DNA from: Callorhinchus milii
Lineage: Eukaryota
Length of the DNA: 64,000 bases
Direction of reading: 5' to 3'
Assembly (NCBI RefSeq): GCF_018977255.1
Contig: NW_024704743.1
Location: forward strand, 25,918,001-25,982,000
In this document: piece after piece, positions 13,004 through 26,383 of the stretch
Layout: each line of letters opens with the position of its first letter
Position numbering within the stretch: the first letter of the stretch is position 1
Notes under the pieces: model-generated
The model's input: only the letters and a program-made list of their open reading frames with translations
Databases searched by the model: none
Told to the model about the DNA's origin: nothing
Position numbers and translations under genes: made by a program

Positions 13004-13546
13004 TAACTGTTCGGACTGGTATTAGGGGATTCGCCTCTGGCATGTTCAGCTACACCCAATGTGATAAATATAGAAGGTAGTGTTAAATTGACCCGACAAT
13101 ATATATTTATGAGATTAAAAATCCAGAGCAATGATGAATAATGTCAGGACAAACATGGCTATGGAATAAGCCTGCATAATTGTGATATGTACTCTGAGAT
13201 AACTCTGAATGCATACAGATTAACATGAAATGCAAGTTATCAATTGGATGTATCTGAAATTTTTCAGCAGAGTTCAAACCAGCTCAGCCATATTAGGCTT
13301 CAGCAATGGTGAGCCTGCCACCTGAAGTGACTTGGATGAAAGGCAGACTCTCTTGTTACACAGAAATTGCTTATCGGGAAAACGACAGAGTAAATGGAGC
13401 CTCACACTACAAAAAATGTCTCAGGACATGAAGCATCTGCACAGGATCCCCCTTGTACATGACACCAACCCATGAGAACTCTGCCTCAAAGCTGACGTAC
13501 ATGAGGTTCCCTGCAGGAGTTGCACATTATGTAGTGAACAACAAAC

Positions 13547-14400
13547 AACAACACGATTACATTTGTATAGTGCCTTTCATGTCGGGAGGACGTTCCAAGG
13601 TGCTGGACAGTGTACAGCATTTCAGACCCGAGCTGGAATCAGGGAGGGAGAAGGGAGGGGAGGAGAAAGGGGGTGGCCTATGGCATGGTCCAAGAGAAGG
13701 GTTTTGAGGCGGGACTTGAAGGAGGCTAAGGAGGGGGAGAGGCGGAGTGTTTGGGGGATGGAATTCAAGAGGTTGGGGGCAGAGTGGCTGAAGGCTCTCC
13801 CGCCATTGGTGGGACGGGTGGGTCAGGGGACATGGAGCAGGCCGGAGCCGGCTGAGCGGAGGGAACGGGTAGGTTGGTAGGGGGTTAGGAGGTCACAGAG
13901 ATAGGGTGGGGCGAGGCCATGGAGGGCTTTCTAGGTGAGGACCAGGATCTTGAACTGGATGCCAATGGAGTCAGGCGAGAAAGGGGGAGATGGGGTCACG
14001 GGGTTTGGTGCGGGAGAGGACACGGGCTGCAGAGTTCTGGATTATCTGCAGCCTGTGGAGGGAGGAGTTGGGAAGGCGACAAGCAGAGCGTTTGCAGAGT
14101 CGAGCCTGGAGGTGATGAAGGCATGAACAAGAGTTTCAGTGGCCTGAGGGGTGAGGTAGTGGCAGAGTCGGGCGATATTACGGAGGTGAGGGAAGGCAGA
14201 GCGGGTCATGGCTTGGATGTGGGGAAGAAAAGACAGTTGAGGGTTGAACAAGACACTTAAGTTCCTGACCGGCTTAGTGAGTTGTAGTGCGCAGCTATGG
14301 AGGTTGATGTTGCCAGAGCCTGAGGTGCAGAGGCGCTGGCGCGAGCCAATCCGGAGGGCCTCAGTCTTGTTCATATTCAACTGTAGGAAACTGCAGCGAA
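13547..14400 (-). mobile_element. L2 LINE 3' fragment
   Basis: FLQLNMNKTEAL ... ETLVHAFITSRLDSANALL and L2 3' tail. Confidence 0.92.
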
Positions 14401-14694
14401 GCATATTTTACTTGCAAGATGCCATTTAGATTGCCTTATATGTGACTAGTTTTGAGTCTTTGTGCTGTACCAGTTCTAACTTCGCTTTGCATAGCTGTGC
14501 CTGACATTTGGAAAACATCAACTCCACCTCGCCTCAGCTGTCAATATAATGTCTCCTGAAGTTCTTGTAAAACAGCGGTTTGCTGGCTCAGCAAGCTCTT
14601 AGTCAGTGAAGCAAAACTGTTAATGGGAACCTTATAACAATTTGCTGCTTCATTAAAGAAGAAAGATCTACTGAATTGCATCAGAATTCTAAAC

Positions 14695-15140
14695 ATATCA
14701 GCCTGGCTCCATTGGTAGCACTCCTGTCTCTGAGTCAGAAGGGTGTAGTTTTAAGCCCCACATCAGATTTTGAACTCAAAGTCTAGGCTGACACTACAAT
14801 ACACAATGTCACAAACAGCAATGTCCCACAAACACTCCCAGAATGTGGGGATGCTGGATTGTCGGATGTGCTGACCCTCGGATGAGACATTAAACCAAGA
14901 TCCAGTCTGCCTGCTTAGGTGGATGTTAAAGATCCCATGGCACTATTTGAAAAGGTGTCCTGGTCAATAATCACCCAGATAGAATTGGTTATTTATTTCG
15001 TCGCTTGTTGTGGAACACTGCTGTGTGCAATTTGGCTTCTGCATTCGCATACAAAATACCTAATCACTGTACTTTACAGTAAAATTCTGTCAAGTGCCTT
15101 GAAATGTCTTTCCAAATTGAAAGCAAGGATAATTATAAAT
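14695..15140 (+). mobile_element. SacSINE1-like Deu-SINE
   Basis: Head TGGCTCCATTGGTAGCACTC and Deu domain GGATGAGACATTAAACCAAG ... GATCCCATGGCACTATTTG. Confidence 0.8.
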
Positions 15141-15449
15141 GTAATAAAAACTACTAAGATACATTTTTATAATACCGTTCACGTGAAAGAACATCTGAAC
15201 GTAGGTCTCTCAGGATCTCCCACTCACCTCTTCTTTATCTAACATTCAGTAATCGTAGACACTCGTGACTTTTTCGCTCTGTTTATGAAAAGAAATATAT
15301 AGCGTGAAAGGCGCTATAAAAATGCAAATTGTTGTCGTATAAGGCAATGTAATCAAATTTGCTTCTCTTTATTGTAATACATATAATTACAATAATATGT
15401 ATTATTTTACATATAATTCCAAATGCATATAATACAAAAAACACTAAGC

Positions 15450-15790
15450 ACCAGCCTGCTTCATGTTCCCCATCCAATCCGCCCCCATAATCGTCAGTTG
15501 GGTGGGCTTTCAGCCTTTCTGCCCTTCAGTCTTGGTTCCTCTCTGACCATTAAGGTCCATCTGAAGACCTATCTCGTTGACTGTGATTTTGGTTACCTCT
15601 CCTCTCCCTACCCCACTCGGCTCCCACCCCTCAGTTCGGGTGCTCAGCCAGTACTGTTAACTACTATGAGTTTCGCCCACAAAGTACACAGTCATTCCAC
15701 TTTACAATATATTCTGTGGAGCGCTTTGAGGTGTCTCAATAATGTGATAAGGCGCTATATCAAATGCAAGGATTATTATTATGATTATTG
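15450..15790 (+). mobile_element. L2 3' fragment followed by a SINE 3' tail
   Basis: GGTGGGCTTTCAGCC ... CTGAAGACCTATCTC, then TTTCGCCCACAAA ... AAATGCAAGGATTATT. Confidence 0.65.
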
Positions 15791-16039
15791 GGACATCCTC
15801 CCATCGTGAAAGATGCTGTATAAAATGTAAATTTGTATTGTATGTAAACATTCCTTGCGAATGAGTTGTGCAAGTATATTGTCTATAGAATAATGACCCT
15901 ACCCTCCATCCCCAGATTGAAGGACCTTCCTTTCAGAATATTAAATCTTCACTTGCTTTTTGTTGCCTGAAAACATTTCTTAGAATGACACACTAGATTT
16001 TTTTCTGGTTTTAAAGAGATTATTAAGAAGGTTTTTTTT

Positions 16040-19000
16040 GTACAAAGCAATGAAAATCGAATCGGCTTCCACCACCCTTTCAGGCAATTCATTCCAGATC
16101 CGAACAACTTGCTGTGTGAACAAATTTCTCCTCACCTCTCCTCTGTTTCTTTTAACAACTATTTTAAATCGGTGCCCTCGGGTTACCGACCCACCCGCCA
16201 GTGGAAATAGTTTTGCATTGTTCACCCTATCGAATACACTCATAATATTGAAAACTTCTATTAAGTCTCCTCTTAACCTTCTCTGCTCCAAGGATATCCT
16301 CTCCGGATAACTGAAATCCCTCATTCCTGGTACCTTCCTGGTAAATATTCTTTGCACCCTCTCCAAAGCCTTCCTAAAGTGTGGTGACCAGAACTGAACA
16401 CAGTACTCTAGCTGAGGTCTAACCAATGTTTTATAAAGGTTTATGATAACTTCCTGACTTTTGTATTCTATGCCCCTATTTATAAAGCTGTATCCTGTAT
16501 GCTTTTTTAACAGCTTTATCTGCCTGTCCTGCCACTTTCAAAGATTTACTTATATGAAACCCCAGTTCTCTCTGTTCCTTCACCCCCTTTAAGATTGTAC
16601 CATCAGCTTATATTGCCTCTCCTCATTCTTCCTTCCAAAATGCATCACTTCGCATTTCTCTACATTAAACTTCATCTGCCGCGTGTTTGCCCATTTTACC
16701 AGTCTGTCTATGTCCTCTTGCAGTCTGCTACTATCCTCCTCATTGTTTACTACTTTTCCTGCTTACTATCATCTGCAAACTTGGAAATTGTACTCCCTAT
16801 AGCCAAGTCCAGGTTGTTTATATAGATCAAAAACAACACTGGTCTCTGGGGGACACCACTGCACACTTCCTTCAAGTCAGAAAAACAACCATTCACCACC
16901 ACTCTCTGTTTTCTGTCTCCCAGCCAGTTCGGTATCCATACTGCCACTGTCCCTTTAATATTGTGGGCTTCTATTTTGCTAACAAGTCTCTTATGTGACA
17001 CTTTATCAAACGCCTTTTGAAAATCCATATAAACTGTATCAACTAAATCACCTTCATCCACCCTCTCCGTTACTTCATCAAAAAAACTCTTATCAGGTTT
17101 GTTAGACATGATTTGCCTTTAACAAATCTGTGTTGAGTGTCCTTTATTAACACATATTTTCTAAGTGAAAATTTATTTTGTCCCACATTATAGTCTCTAG
17201 AAGTTTAACCACTATTGACAATAGGTTGACTGGCCTGTAGTTTCCAGGTTTATCCTTCTGCCCCTATTTGTACAGGTGGTAACATTTGCAACCCTCCAGT
17301 CCTCTGGCACCACCCAAGATTGTGGCCAGAGCTTCCGTTATTTCCACCCTTAATTCCCAATAACGTAAGATGCAACCAGTCCGGAACAGGTGACTTATCT
17401 ACCTTGAGCACTGTCAACCTTTTCAGTACCTCCTCTCAGTTTATTCTTATCTTATCCAATTTCTCTACCCTCTCCTCCAATACTGTGGCATTAGCTGCAT
17501 CGTCTTCTTTTATGAAGACAGATGCAAAGTATTCATTCAGTCTGTCAGCCATGCCCTTTGCCTCCCCAAGAAGATTTCCTCTTTGGTCCCTAATTGGACC
17601 CACCCTACATTTGACTAATCTTTTATTCTTTATTTGCATACGAAATACCTTAGGATTCCCTTTTATGTTACTTTCATATTATGTAATATTTTCTTATACA
17701 ATCTCTTTGCCCCTCTTATTTCCCTTTTCACTTCTCCTCTGTACTTTCAATACTCTGTTTGATTATCTTCTGTGTTTTAGACCTGACATTTATCTTACGC
17801 CTCCTTTTTCTGTTTTATTTTAATCCCAATTTCCTTATTCATCCAGCAGGTTTGAATACCCTACCTTTCCCCTTTGTGGGAATGTATTTGTTCTGTCCCC
17901 GAACTATCTCCTCCTTGAAGGCTTCCCATTGCTTGTTAGCTGTTTCACCTGCCAATCTTTCTTTCCAGTCAACCTTGGCTCAGTCCCTTTTTAACTCACT
18001 GAAATTAGCCCTCTTCCAGTTGAATATCTTCACTTTTGATTGTTCCTTGTCCCTTTGCTTAAGTACTCTAAACCTAATGATGTTGTGATCACTGTTGTCT
18101 AGATGTTCTCCTGCTGAAACCTCCTCCACTTGCCCCACTTCATTCTCCAGAACTAGATCCAGCACAGCTTTCTTCCTCGTTGGGCTGGAAACATACTGAT
18201 CCAGAAAGGTATCCTGTAAACATTTCAGGAATCCTTCCTCCTCCTTGTCCTTTACACTGTTATTTTGCCAGTCTATGTTAGGATAATTGAAGTCCCCCAT
18301 TATCACTACTCTATTGGTTTTGCAACTTTCTGAAATCTGCTTCAAGATTTGCTCATCTATCTCCTTCCCACTATTTGGTGGTCTATAGTAATAATAATAA
18401 TAATAATAATAATCCTTGCATTTGTTATAGCGCTTTTCACGTCTGCTGGACGTCTCAAAGCGCTTCACAGAATAGTACACTCCTAACAGAGTAGCAGCTC
18501 CCTTTCTGCTCCTGAAGTTTAACCAAATAGATTCTGTTTTTGGACTCTCTAGCACATCATTCCTTTCCAGGGCCACAGCCATATCTTTAATCAATATGCC
18601 AGCCCCCCTCCTTTTTATCCTTCCCTATCCCTCCTGGATACACTGTAGCCAAGAATATTCAGCTCCCATTTCTGCCCTTGTTTGAGTCAAGTCTCCGTTA
18701 TTGCCACTATATCATAACCTCATGTGGCAACTTGAGCCTGCAGCTCACCAATCGTATTTGTCACACTCTGTGCATTTACTCACATGCACTGCAAGACCAA
18801 CTGAATCTGCTCTGCATTTCTCCCCCATCTAATCCCTCCCTTTTTCTGGACTACTCCTTATTACATTGCTATTCGTCTCTCCCAGCCCTCTGTGTAACTT
18901 GTTTGTCCTCTCTAATGCTACATTCTGATTCCTTCCCCCCTCAAAATGAGTTTAAAGCCTTCTCCACAGTATTAGTTAACCTCCCTGCAATGACGTTAGT

Positions 19001-19460
19001 CCCAGCCATTTTCAGGTGTAAGCCATCCAACTTGCACAGATCCCACCCATGCCCCAGAACTGGTCCCAATGATCCAGGAACCTGAAGCCATCCTTTCTAT
19101 ACCATTTCTCCAGCCATGTGTTTGATCCTGCAGTTTTGATAGTCACTTGTACAAAACACTGGGTGTAATCTAGAGATCACTTCCTTTGAGGTCCTACTCT
19201 TTAGCTTTTTCCCTAACTTCTGATACTCTCCCTGTAGGATCTCAGCCCTTTTTTNCCCTACGTCATGGATCCCAACATGAAACACAACTTCTGGATGTTT
19301 CCCTTCCTCCTGTAGAATGTTTTGCACCCGTTCTGTGATGTCTTCAACCCTGGCACCAGGGAAGCAACATACCATGCGAGAGTCACGTCTTCACCTTTCA
19401 CCATTGTGTCCCCAATGACAATTGCACTGACACTCTTCCCTGTGTCCCCCTGTGCATCCA
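16040..19460 (-). mobile_element. CR1 LINE, internally deleted and degenerate: ORF1 (SGNH esterase-like) plus ORF2 (APE endonuclease, RT)
   Basis: ORF1: IVIGDTMVKG, VCCFPGARVEDITER, VVFHVGIHDVG. APE: GVYY..RPPNS, VVIMGDFNYPNIDW, LDLVL, SDHNII. RT: YMDFQKAFDKVSH, SGVP, KFADD. C-terminus: VRPQLEYCVQFWSP, RRLRGDLIEVF. Multiple stops and frameshifts. Confidence 0.95.
18385..18477 (-). mobile_element. SINE 3' tail inserted in the CR1 endonuclease with a 6-bp TSD
   Basis: ATAGTA duplicated at 18385-18390 and 18472-18477 flanking a SINE tail. Confidence 0.85.
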
Positions 19461-19499
19461 TTTGTTTTTGAATCCCCTCTCAAGAGGTGTTATCACCTT

Positions 19500-19850
19500 G
19501 ACCAATATTCAGTAGAGAATCGGTTTGTGAGTCTCTCGTCAAAGATGAATGCCATTGATAGAGTGAATAGAGAAAGATTATTTTAAATAGAGAAAGATTA
19601 TTTTCACTGATCGTTGAGTCTACAAGATGCCGTACATTGAGGAACAGAAAAAAGAAGGGGAAGTTCAGTTGATTTTTTTTTACACAGAGGGTTTGTACAA
19701 AGCAGAATGCTTTCCCACAAATCTCTATTGAAGCTAAGTACACAACAGCATTGAAAAGGGAATCGCATAAATGCTTGACAAAAAATAATATTAATGGGTG
19801 TGGGGAAAGATTAGGCGAATGGGACTGGGGAAGGTGGCTTTAGTGGACTT
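19500..19850 (+). mobile_element. Old CR1 3' fragment
   Basis: AGAGAAAGATTATTTTCACTG, TTTTTTACACAGAGGGTT, TGTGGGGAAAG, typical of CR1 3' ends. Confidence 0.6.
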
Positions 19851-20034
19851 AAAAGAGGGGAGAGAGGGAGCAAGGCGGAGGGATTGAGGGAGAGTGAGCA
19901 GCACAGACATGATGGGTAAATGTTTATAAAATAGACAGTCAATCCACTTTACAATAGATAGATAGTTTCTATCGATAGATAGATTTGATACAATAGATTC
20001 TGTGAAGTGGTTTAATAAGGCTCTATATAAAATG

Positions 20035-21420
20035 CAACAATAATTTACACTTACATAGTGTTCTCCACGTGGGGTAGTGTCTCAGAGCGCTTAACAGTGG
20101 CGGAGCCTTACTCCGAGCTGGTAGGGTGGGTGGGTGGGAGGTGGCTATAAGCATGTTCGAACAGGAAAATCTTCAGGCGGGACTTGAAAGAGGGGAGAGA
20201 GGGGGCAAGGTGGAAGGATTGAGGGACAGTGTTCCAGAGCTTTGGAGCGTAGTGGTTGAAAGCACGACCTCCGATGGTGGGGCGGAGGGTGTTAGGGACG
20301 AGCAGGAGGCCGATCCCAGTCGAGCGGAGGTGCCGGATGGTGAAGTGGGGAGTGAGGAGGTCGGAGAGTGAGGATTTTGAAGTTGATCCATTCGGTGATG
20401 GGGAGCCAGTGGAGCCTGGCCAGAACTGGTGAGATGTGGGTATGGAGTTCAGTCCAGGTCAATATGCAGGCAGCAGAGTTTTGAATGAGCTGGATCTTGT
20501 GAATGGTGGAGCTGAAGCGACCGGCGAAAGGTGTGGTTGGATAATCCAAGCCGGAGGTGACAAACGCATGCACGAGGGTTTCAGCTGCATTTGGGGTAAG
20601 GTACGGTCGGAGGCGGGCAATGTGGCAGAGGTGGAAGAAAGAGGTCTTGGTCAGGGACCAGATGTGGGGGAGGAAGGAAATTTGGGGGTCGAACTGGACG
20701 TCTAGGTTGCATACTGGTTCGGGGAGTCCAGGGGAGAGCCCAGGGAAATTGAGGAGTTTAGATCCGCAGGAGTGAAGACATTGATGGGAGCCAAGGAGTA
20801 TGGCTTCCGTCTTGTCCATATTCAGCTGCAGGAAGTTTACACTCATATAAGCTTGATGTCTGTCAGACAAACTGATAAAATGTCGGTGGACCTGGAGTGG
20901 TCCTGGAGGAGGCAAAGTAGATTTGTGTGTCATCTGCATACATGTAGAAGTTTACCCCGTGTCTGCAGATTACATTGCCCAGAGGGAGCATATAGAGAAG
21001 GAAAAGAAGAGGGCCAAGGATAGAATCACGGGGCACTCTGCAGGTGATTGTGCGGGGGTGGGAGGAGAAACCGTTTGCTGAGATGAAATGGAGGCAGTTG
21101 GTTAAATAGGACTCGAAACACGCGAGTGTAGTCCCACTAAGGTAGGTGAGGGAGGAGAGCCGATGGACGAAGATGGGGTGGTCAACTTTGTTGAACGTGG
21201 CAGAGAGATCCAGGAGGACAAGGAGGCAGAGGGAGCCCTGGTCACAGATAGAGAAAATGTCGTTTGTGACTTTGACGAGCGCTGTCTCTGTGCTGTGAGC
21301 AGGGTGATAACCAGACTGCAGGGGCTCGAGGAGGGAGTGGAGGGAGAGGTGTGACTGAAGTTGACATGCAACAATTCGTTCCAGGACTTTGGCAAGGAAG
21401 GGTAGGTTGGAGATGGGATG
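20035..21420 (-). mobile_element. L2 LINE fragment including the RT domain
   Basis: PISNLPFLAKVLERIV, QSGYHPAHSTETALVKVTND, LLDLSATFNKVDH, SILGPLLFLLYMLPLG, YADDTQIY; frameshifted. Confidence 0.95.
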
Positions 21421-21574
21421 GAAAATGCAAGGATTCTTCTTCTGTACTTTAAACATTCTGTAATATTTGTTGGACTTTGTTGTGCATATCTTGGCTGCCA
21501 CGTTTGCCTACAAAATAATAATAATCAATCATTATATTTGGTATAGCATCTTTCATTTCGGGAGAGGGTCACAA

Positions 21575-21897
21575 GATATAATAATAATAATTCTTGCATT
21601 TATTATAGCCCCTTATCATGTTGTTGAGACGTCTCGTATACTGTAAAGTGAATTGACTGTATATTTTGTGGATAAAACACGGCAGCCAATTGCGCACAGC
21701 ATTGTTCCACAAACAGTCGTGGATTTTTTTTAGGGGATTATTTACACCCAGAAAGCGATCTGCCAATCGACTTCCAACTGGGTTCCTGCTTACTGCTAGG
21801 TAAACAGAGGTGTGTGGAGTAATAAAACTTGCTTAAGGTTTCGAATCCAGATCTTCTTGCGAGACGAGTGCTTTAACCAATATGCTATAGGACTCTA
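21575..21897 (-). mobile_element. tRNA-derived SINE, long subfamily
   Basis: Head, central domain and (TTA)n tail on the reverse strand. Confidence 0.85.
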
Positions 21898-22224
21898 GTG
21901 TATACTGTAAAGATTCATAGGATATACTGTGGAGTGCCGCAATAGTGTATTTTGTAGGCAAATGCAGCAGTCAATTTGCGCATAGCAATGTGTCTCACAA
22001 ACAGCTACGAAGACAAACTGTATCACTACCATTATATCTTGCAGTTACTTTACCATCAAAGTAGAAGTCATGTGGAACAAAATTAATGCAGTTTGAGTCA
22101 AATTATACACTTATAGGCATTTCTGCCCACGAACTGGCTGTTGATTTTCTCAGAAGCGTATTTCTAGTTTAGATTTATACAATATGTGTGGCATAACATA
22201 GGACTGTAGTTCTAGGCAGTTGCA

Positions 22225-22610
22225 AAGCCCTTCATGGTCTTGCCCCACCCTGTCTCTGCGACCTCCTAACCCCCTACCAACCCGCCCGCTCTGTCCGCTC
22301 AGCCGGGTCCGGCCTGCTCCACATCCCCCGACCCACCCGCCCCACCATTGGCGGGAGAGCCTTCTGCCACTCTGCCCCCAACCTCTGGAATTCCATCCCC
22401 CAATCACTCCGCCTCGCCCCCTCCTTAGCCTCCTTCAAGACCCGCCTCAAAACCCTCTCTTGGACCATGCCATCGGTCACCACCCTTCCCCTCCCTCCCT
22501 TCTCCCTCCCTGATCCTAGCTTGGGTCTGAAATGCTGTACACTGTCCAGCGCCTTGGGAAGTCCTCCCGACGTGAAAGCCCTATACAAATGTAATCGTGT
22601 TGTTGTTGTA
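22225..22610 (+). mobile_element. L2 LINE 3' fragment
   Basis: AAAGCCCTTCATGGTCTTGCCCC ... TGGCGGGAGAGCCTTC ... tail with (GTT)n. Confidence 0.9.
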
Positions 22611-22999
22611 ACACATTGCGAAGTTCAGATAACACTGAGAAATCATTCTCACAGTGTGCAATGACATTTGACCACCTTGACACATTACTCCCTGCAACAC
22701 GATCCTGCAATTAAAACATCGATGAAGTTCAATGAGGTTCAATGAAACTGTAACATATGTAAAAGCAACAAAACATATGTTATAGAGGAATTAAATGTCC
22801 ATTGGACACATGGGCCAAAAGAGCAGATTGTTCTTTACAACAATAGCAATTATATAACTCCTCTCACGCAGGGTAGCATCCCAGAGAACTTGAACATCTC
22901 ATTTCCATGTGATGAAACACTAGATTAAATATTATTAGAATCTTTCGGGTGAAATTAATGATCAAAGACAGTTAGGTGAAATACCTTTCAGCCATTTGA

Positions 23000-23600
23000 T
23001 CTTAGCTTTCCAGAATAGCCCACCTTACCATTTCCTCATCAAATAATGCTTTAAATAGTTCAGTATCCTGGCCTCTACCATCATCCCTGTTTATTGTGTT
23101 AGGAACCTAGTTTACGTATGCCTTGTCATTGAGGGGGATGTAGCCCATGTGAAAGACACTATATCATTGAACTTTTCTGTACAAAAGAGAGTCATTTGGC
23201 CTAACGTAATCCATGCTTTGCTGTGGCCTAACTGGTAATCCCTTCCAGCAAATCATTGCTCTCTGTGTGTAGAGATATTTCCAGTGTCTTTCCAAAATCT
23301 ACCTCTCACAATCCTGAACCTGTGCCCTCTTGTTGTCTTGGAATATCTGAGAGTATTTTTGGGGATTTACTTTCTCAATCAAGTGAAACATCTTATACAG
23401 TATGCCCCTCTATAAGGTTCCCTCTGAGACTTCTATTTTTGAGGCTGAAAATGTCTAGCTTATCTAATCACCTTATTATGTCTGTCATCTCTTTGCTTGA
23501 CCTGCAGAACCCATCCCATTGCTGTTGTCATTAGTCATGGGTATTCTACAGGAATGATCACTTGTTTTGCAATCCTGATCTATAATATGGGTTAGGACAA
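23000..23600 (-). mobile_element. Highly degenerate CR1 3' fragments
   Basis: TTATACAG ... CTCTATAAGGTTCCCTCTGAGACTTCT (reverse of RRLRGDLI) and related CR1 motifs. Confidence 0.5.
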
Positions 23601-24107
23601 ATGCTAAGTAGCTCTTGAACTGTAGCCAACCGATTATAATGATTGCCAGGATGCATTTCATTGCATCTATCACCTCGGGGTATTTTGAATAAGGATGAGT
23701 GAAAAATAAGATTCTGAACCCAAAGTGACCCAAAGTTGGTAGACTTTAGTTCATTTTCTGAATATCTAAATTTGCTCTAATTCAGACACTATGTTTGACT
23801 GTATTTACCCATTTAAAGTTAAACAGCAGGTCTTCTATGCAAAGGGATAAGATGGTCCATTTTTCTTGAACCCTCTGAAAGTTTGCCAGGCCAGGATCTG
23901 TTGGAAGAACAGGTAAGGAACGTTTTGCTTCATTATTTTACCTTTTAACTCTCAATGCTATGTATGGGAGTGGGGAATATATAACCTTAAGTATGTGCAG
24001 TGGTTCGAGCAAAATTTGTTGCGAGGGAGTATGTTTTAAAATAGTAACTCAATGAAGACTGCACAATGACCCAACTTTTAAAATGCTGGGGTCCAAATTG
24101 TGGTACA

Positions 24108-24445
24108 ATGGAGTCCTGTAGTGCAGTGATTAGAGCACTCGTCAACAGGTCAAAACATTATCAAGTTTCCTTACTCCACACTCTTGTGTTTACCTAGAGG
24201 TAAGTAAGAACCCAGTTGTTAATCGATTGGCGGATCACTTTCCGGGAGTAATAATCCCTTAAAAACAAAATTGGTCACTCAATCCATGACTGTTTGTGGG
24301 AGACTGCTGTGTGCAATTGTCTGCCTTGTTTCGTCCACAAAATATACAGTCAATTCGCTTTTCAGTATATTTTGTGAAGCGCTTTTGAGATGTCTAGATG
24401 AACTGATAAGGCACTATAACAAATGCAAGGATTATTATTATTACT
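24108..24445 (+). mobile_element. tRNA-derived SINE, long subfamily
   Basis: TGGAGTCCTGTAG head, central domain and tail. Confidence 0.85.
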
Positions 24446-26062
24446 CTATACTGGTTAAATGGCCAGACTGACTGTGTAATCTTCCAACTACACTGGTTTA
24501 CAGATAAATACCCTACTTTGTACAGTTTAAATGCTGTGGCTTGTCAGAGTTCCTTTATTTTGAATGACACGGATTTTGTGAATCGGCCATGATCTTCGAA
24601 AGTGGTGGGCCAGGTGTGATGGGCCGAATGTTCTCATGTTCCAGTTACTGTAGTTATAATTAATGGTATTAGTTTATAAGATCATGAAGGGCATGGAATA
24701 AGAAAAGCTTGTCCATTTTACCATGCCCAATCCTTCCAGAAGCCAAGTGCAAACCATTTTGGCATTCCTTTTATAAAACTGGAAGCGATGCAATATGATC
24801 AACTTAACTGCTTGTGCAGAACTTCCCTCAGGCATGTTAAATCCTGGTTAATTTTCTTTTAATGCTGTTAAGGATCTGAAACCCGTTTTCTAATATTGAA
24901 ATGTCTAGGTGTTGATACATAACACTGCTGAAGAATGTTCACGTTTTTAGTTTAAAAATGCGTTGGATTCAGCTGCAGTGAAATGCCAGGTTGACCTGGA
25001 GAAAACATATGCAGCCCCCCCATAAATGCACATAAGCTCGATCTAAACCAATTCAAACAAATCTCCTGTTTTGTTTGAAGAGCAAGTCCAAATAACTAGC
25101 CAGCATATGCATTCAATTACTGTACTGCATCCTCTTCGACCACCGAATGTGAGCAACTTAGCATAAGCTGTTGCAATGAAATTACTAGGATGGACCAAAC
25201 CTTCATGACAAGTGCTTATTTAATGTTTTTATTCATTCAACACAAAAGTTGCACATTGGCAACCAAATATGATACTACAGGGTAAAGCCTATACAGGATG
25301 CTATGAAGTTGTTGAATATGCCGGTTATTACACTTGTGAAGAACATATGAACAACTCGCTCGCAGAAGAAATATAGTATTAAGCAAGTTAGTGTGTTATA
25401 CAATAAACTGTGATTTAATTGACTCAGTTAAGGGTTCCTTGGTAGATTTATATGTTGGGCCCTGTGTTGTTAAAAAACAAATGTGCACATATGGTGCTTG
25501 TTATCTAAATACTACCTGGCCTTCATTGAATTACAGTGCAATCTGTTTCTGTGAACTCCGATGTGAATTATATTCTAAGCTTCCAGAATGAATAGTGGAT
25601 CCCTGCAGTGCGAATGGGCCTGTGTGTCACCATGGCTATGATGTAATACGTACTATTATACTGGAATGAAGTCTGGATCTTAATTTTACCAGCCTAGCTC
25701 AGTTGGTAACACTCTCTGAGTCAAAAGGTTGTGGGTTCAAGCCCCATGTCGGGATAATGAACTCACATAGTCTAGGTTCCTGCTCTAAGAAGCTCTTCAC
25801 TATATTAGTGGTAGCACTCAACGTTTGAAGAAGGGTGTGATTCGCAAGGAGTTTTGATGTCTGCATTGAACCTATGAGCTGTTTGTCTTTCTATAATTGG
25901 ACTTGAGCTCACAGTCCAGGCTGACATTCAGGTGGACAAGTGCTGCATTATCGGCTTATCGTATCACACCTTATGATAAATACCTGTAAAGTTTTTTTTG
26001 AGACGTTATAACATTATTGGCACCATAATAATACTTATTATTACATTTTGTATAGTGCTTTT

Positions 26063-26383
26063 AATAATAATAATAATAATCCTTGCATTTGATATAGCGC
26101 TTTTCACGTCAGGAGGACGTCCCAAAGCGCTTCACAGTACACACTGTAAATGAATTGACTGTATATTTGTGGGCGAACGCGACAGCCAATTGCGCACAGC
26201 AATGTCCCACAAACAGTCGTAGATTGAAAATGACCAATTTAATTATTGTTTTTGGTTTTTGGAGGGATTATTATTAGGCGTGTGGAGTAAGGAAACTTGC
26301 CCAAGGTTTCGCCCTGCCTGGAATTGAACTCAGGTCTCTCACTTGCAAAGCGAGTGCTCTAACCACTGAGCTACAGGACTCCG
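26063..26383 (-). mobile_element. tRNA-derived SINE, short subfamily
   Basis: Well-preserved head with anticodon-like CTTTGCAAG; lacks the ~60-nt central block. Confidence 0.9.
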
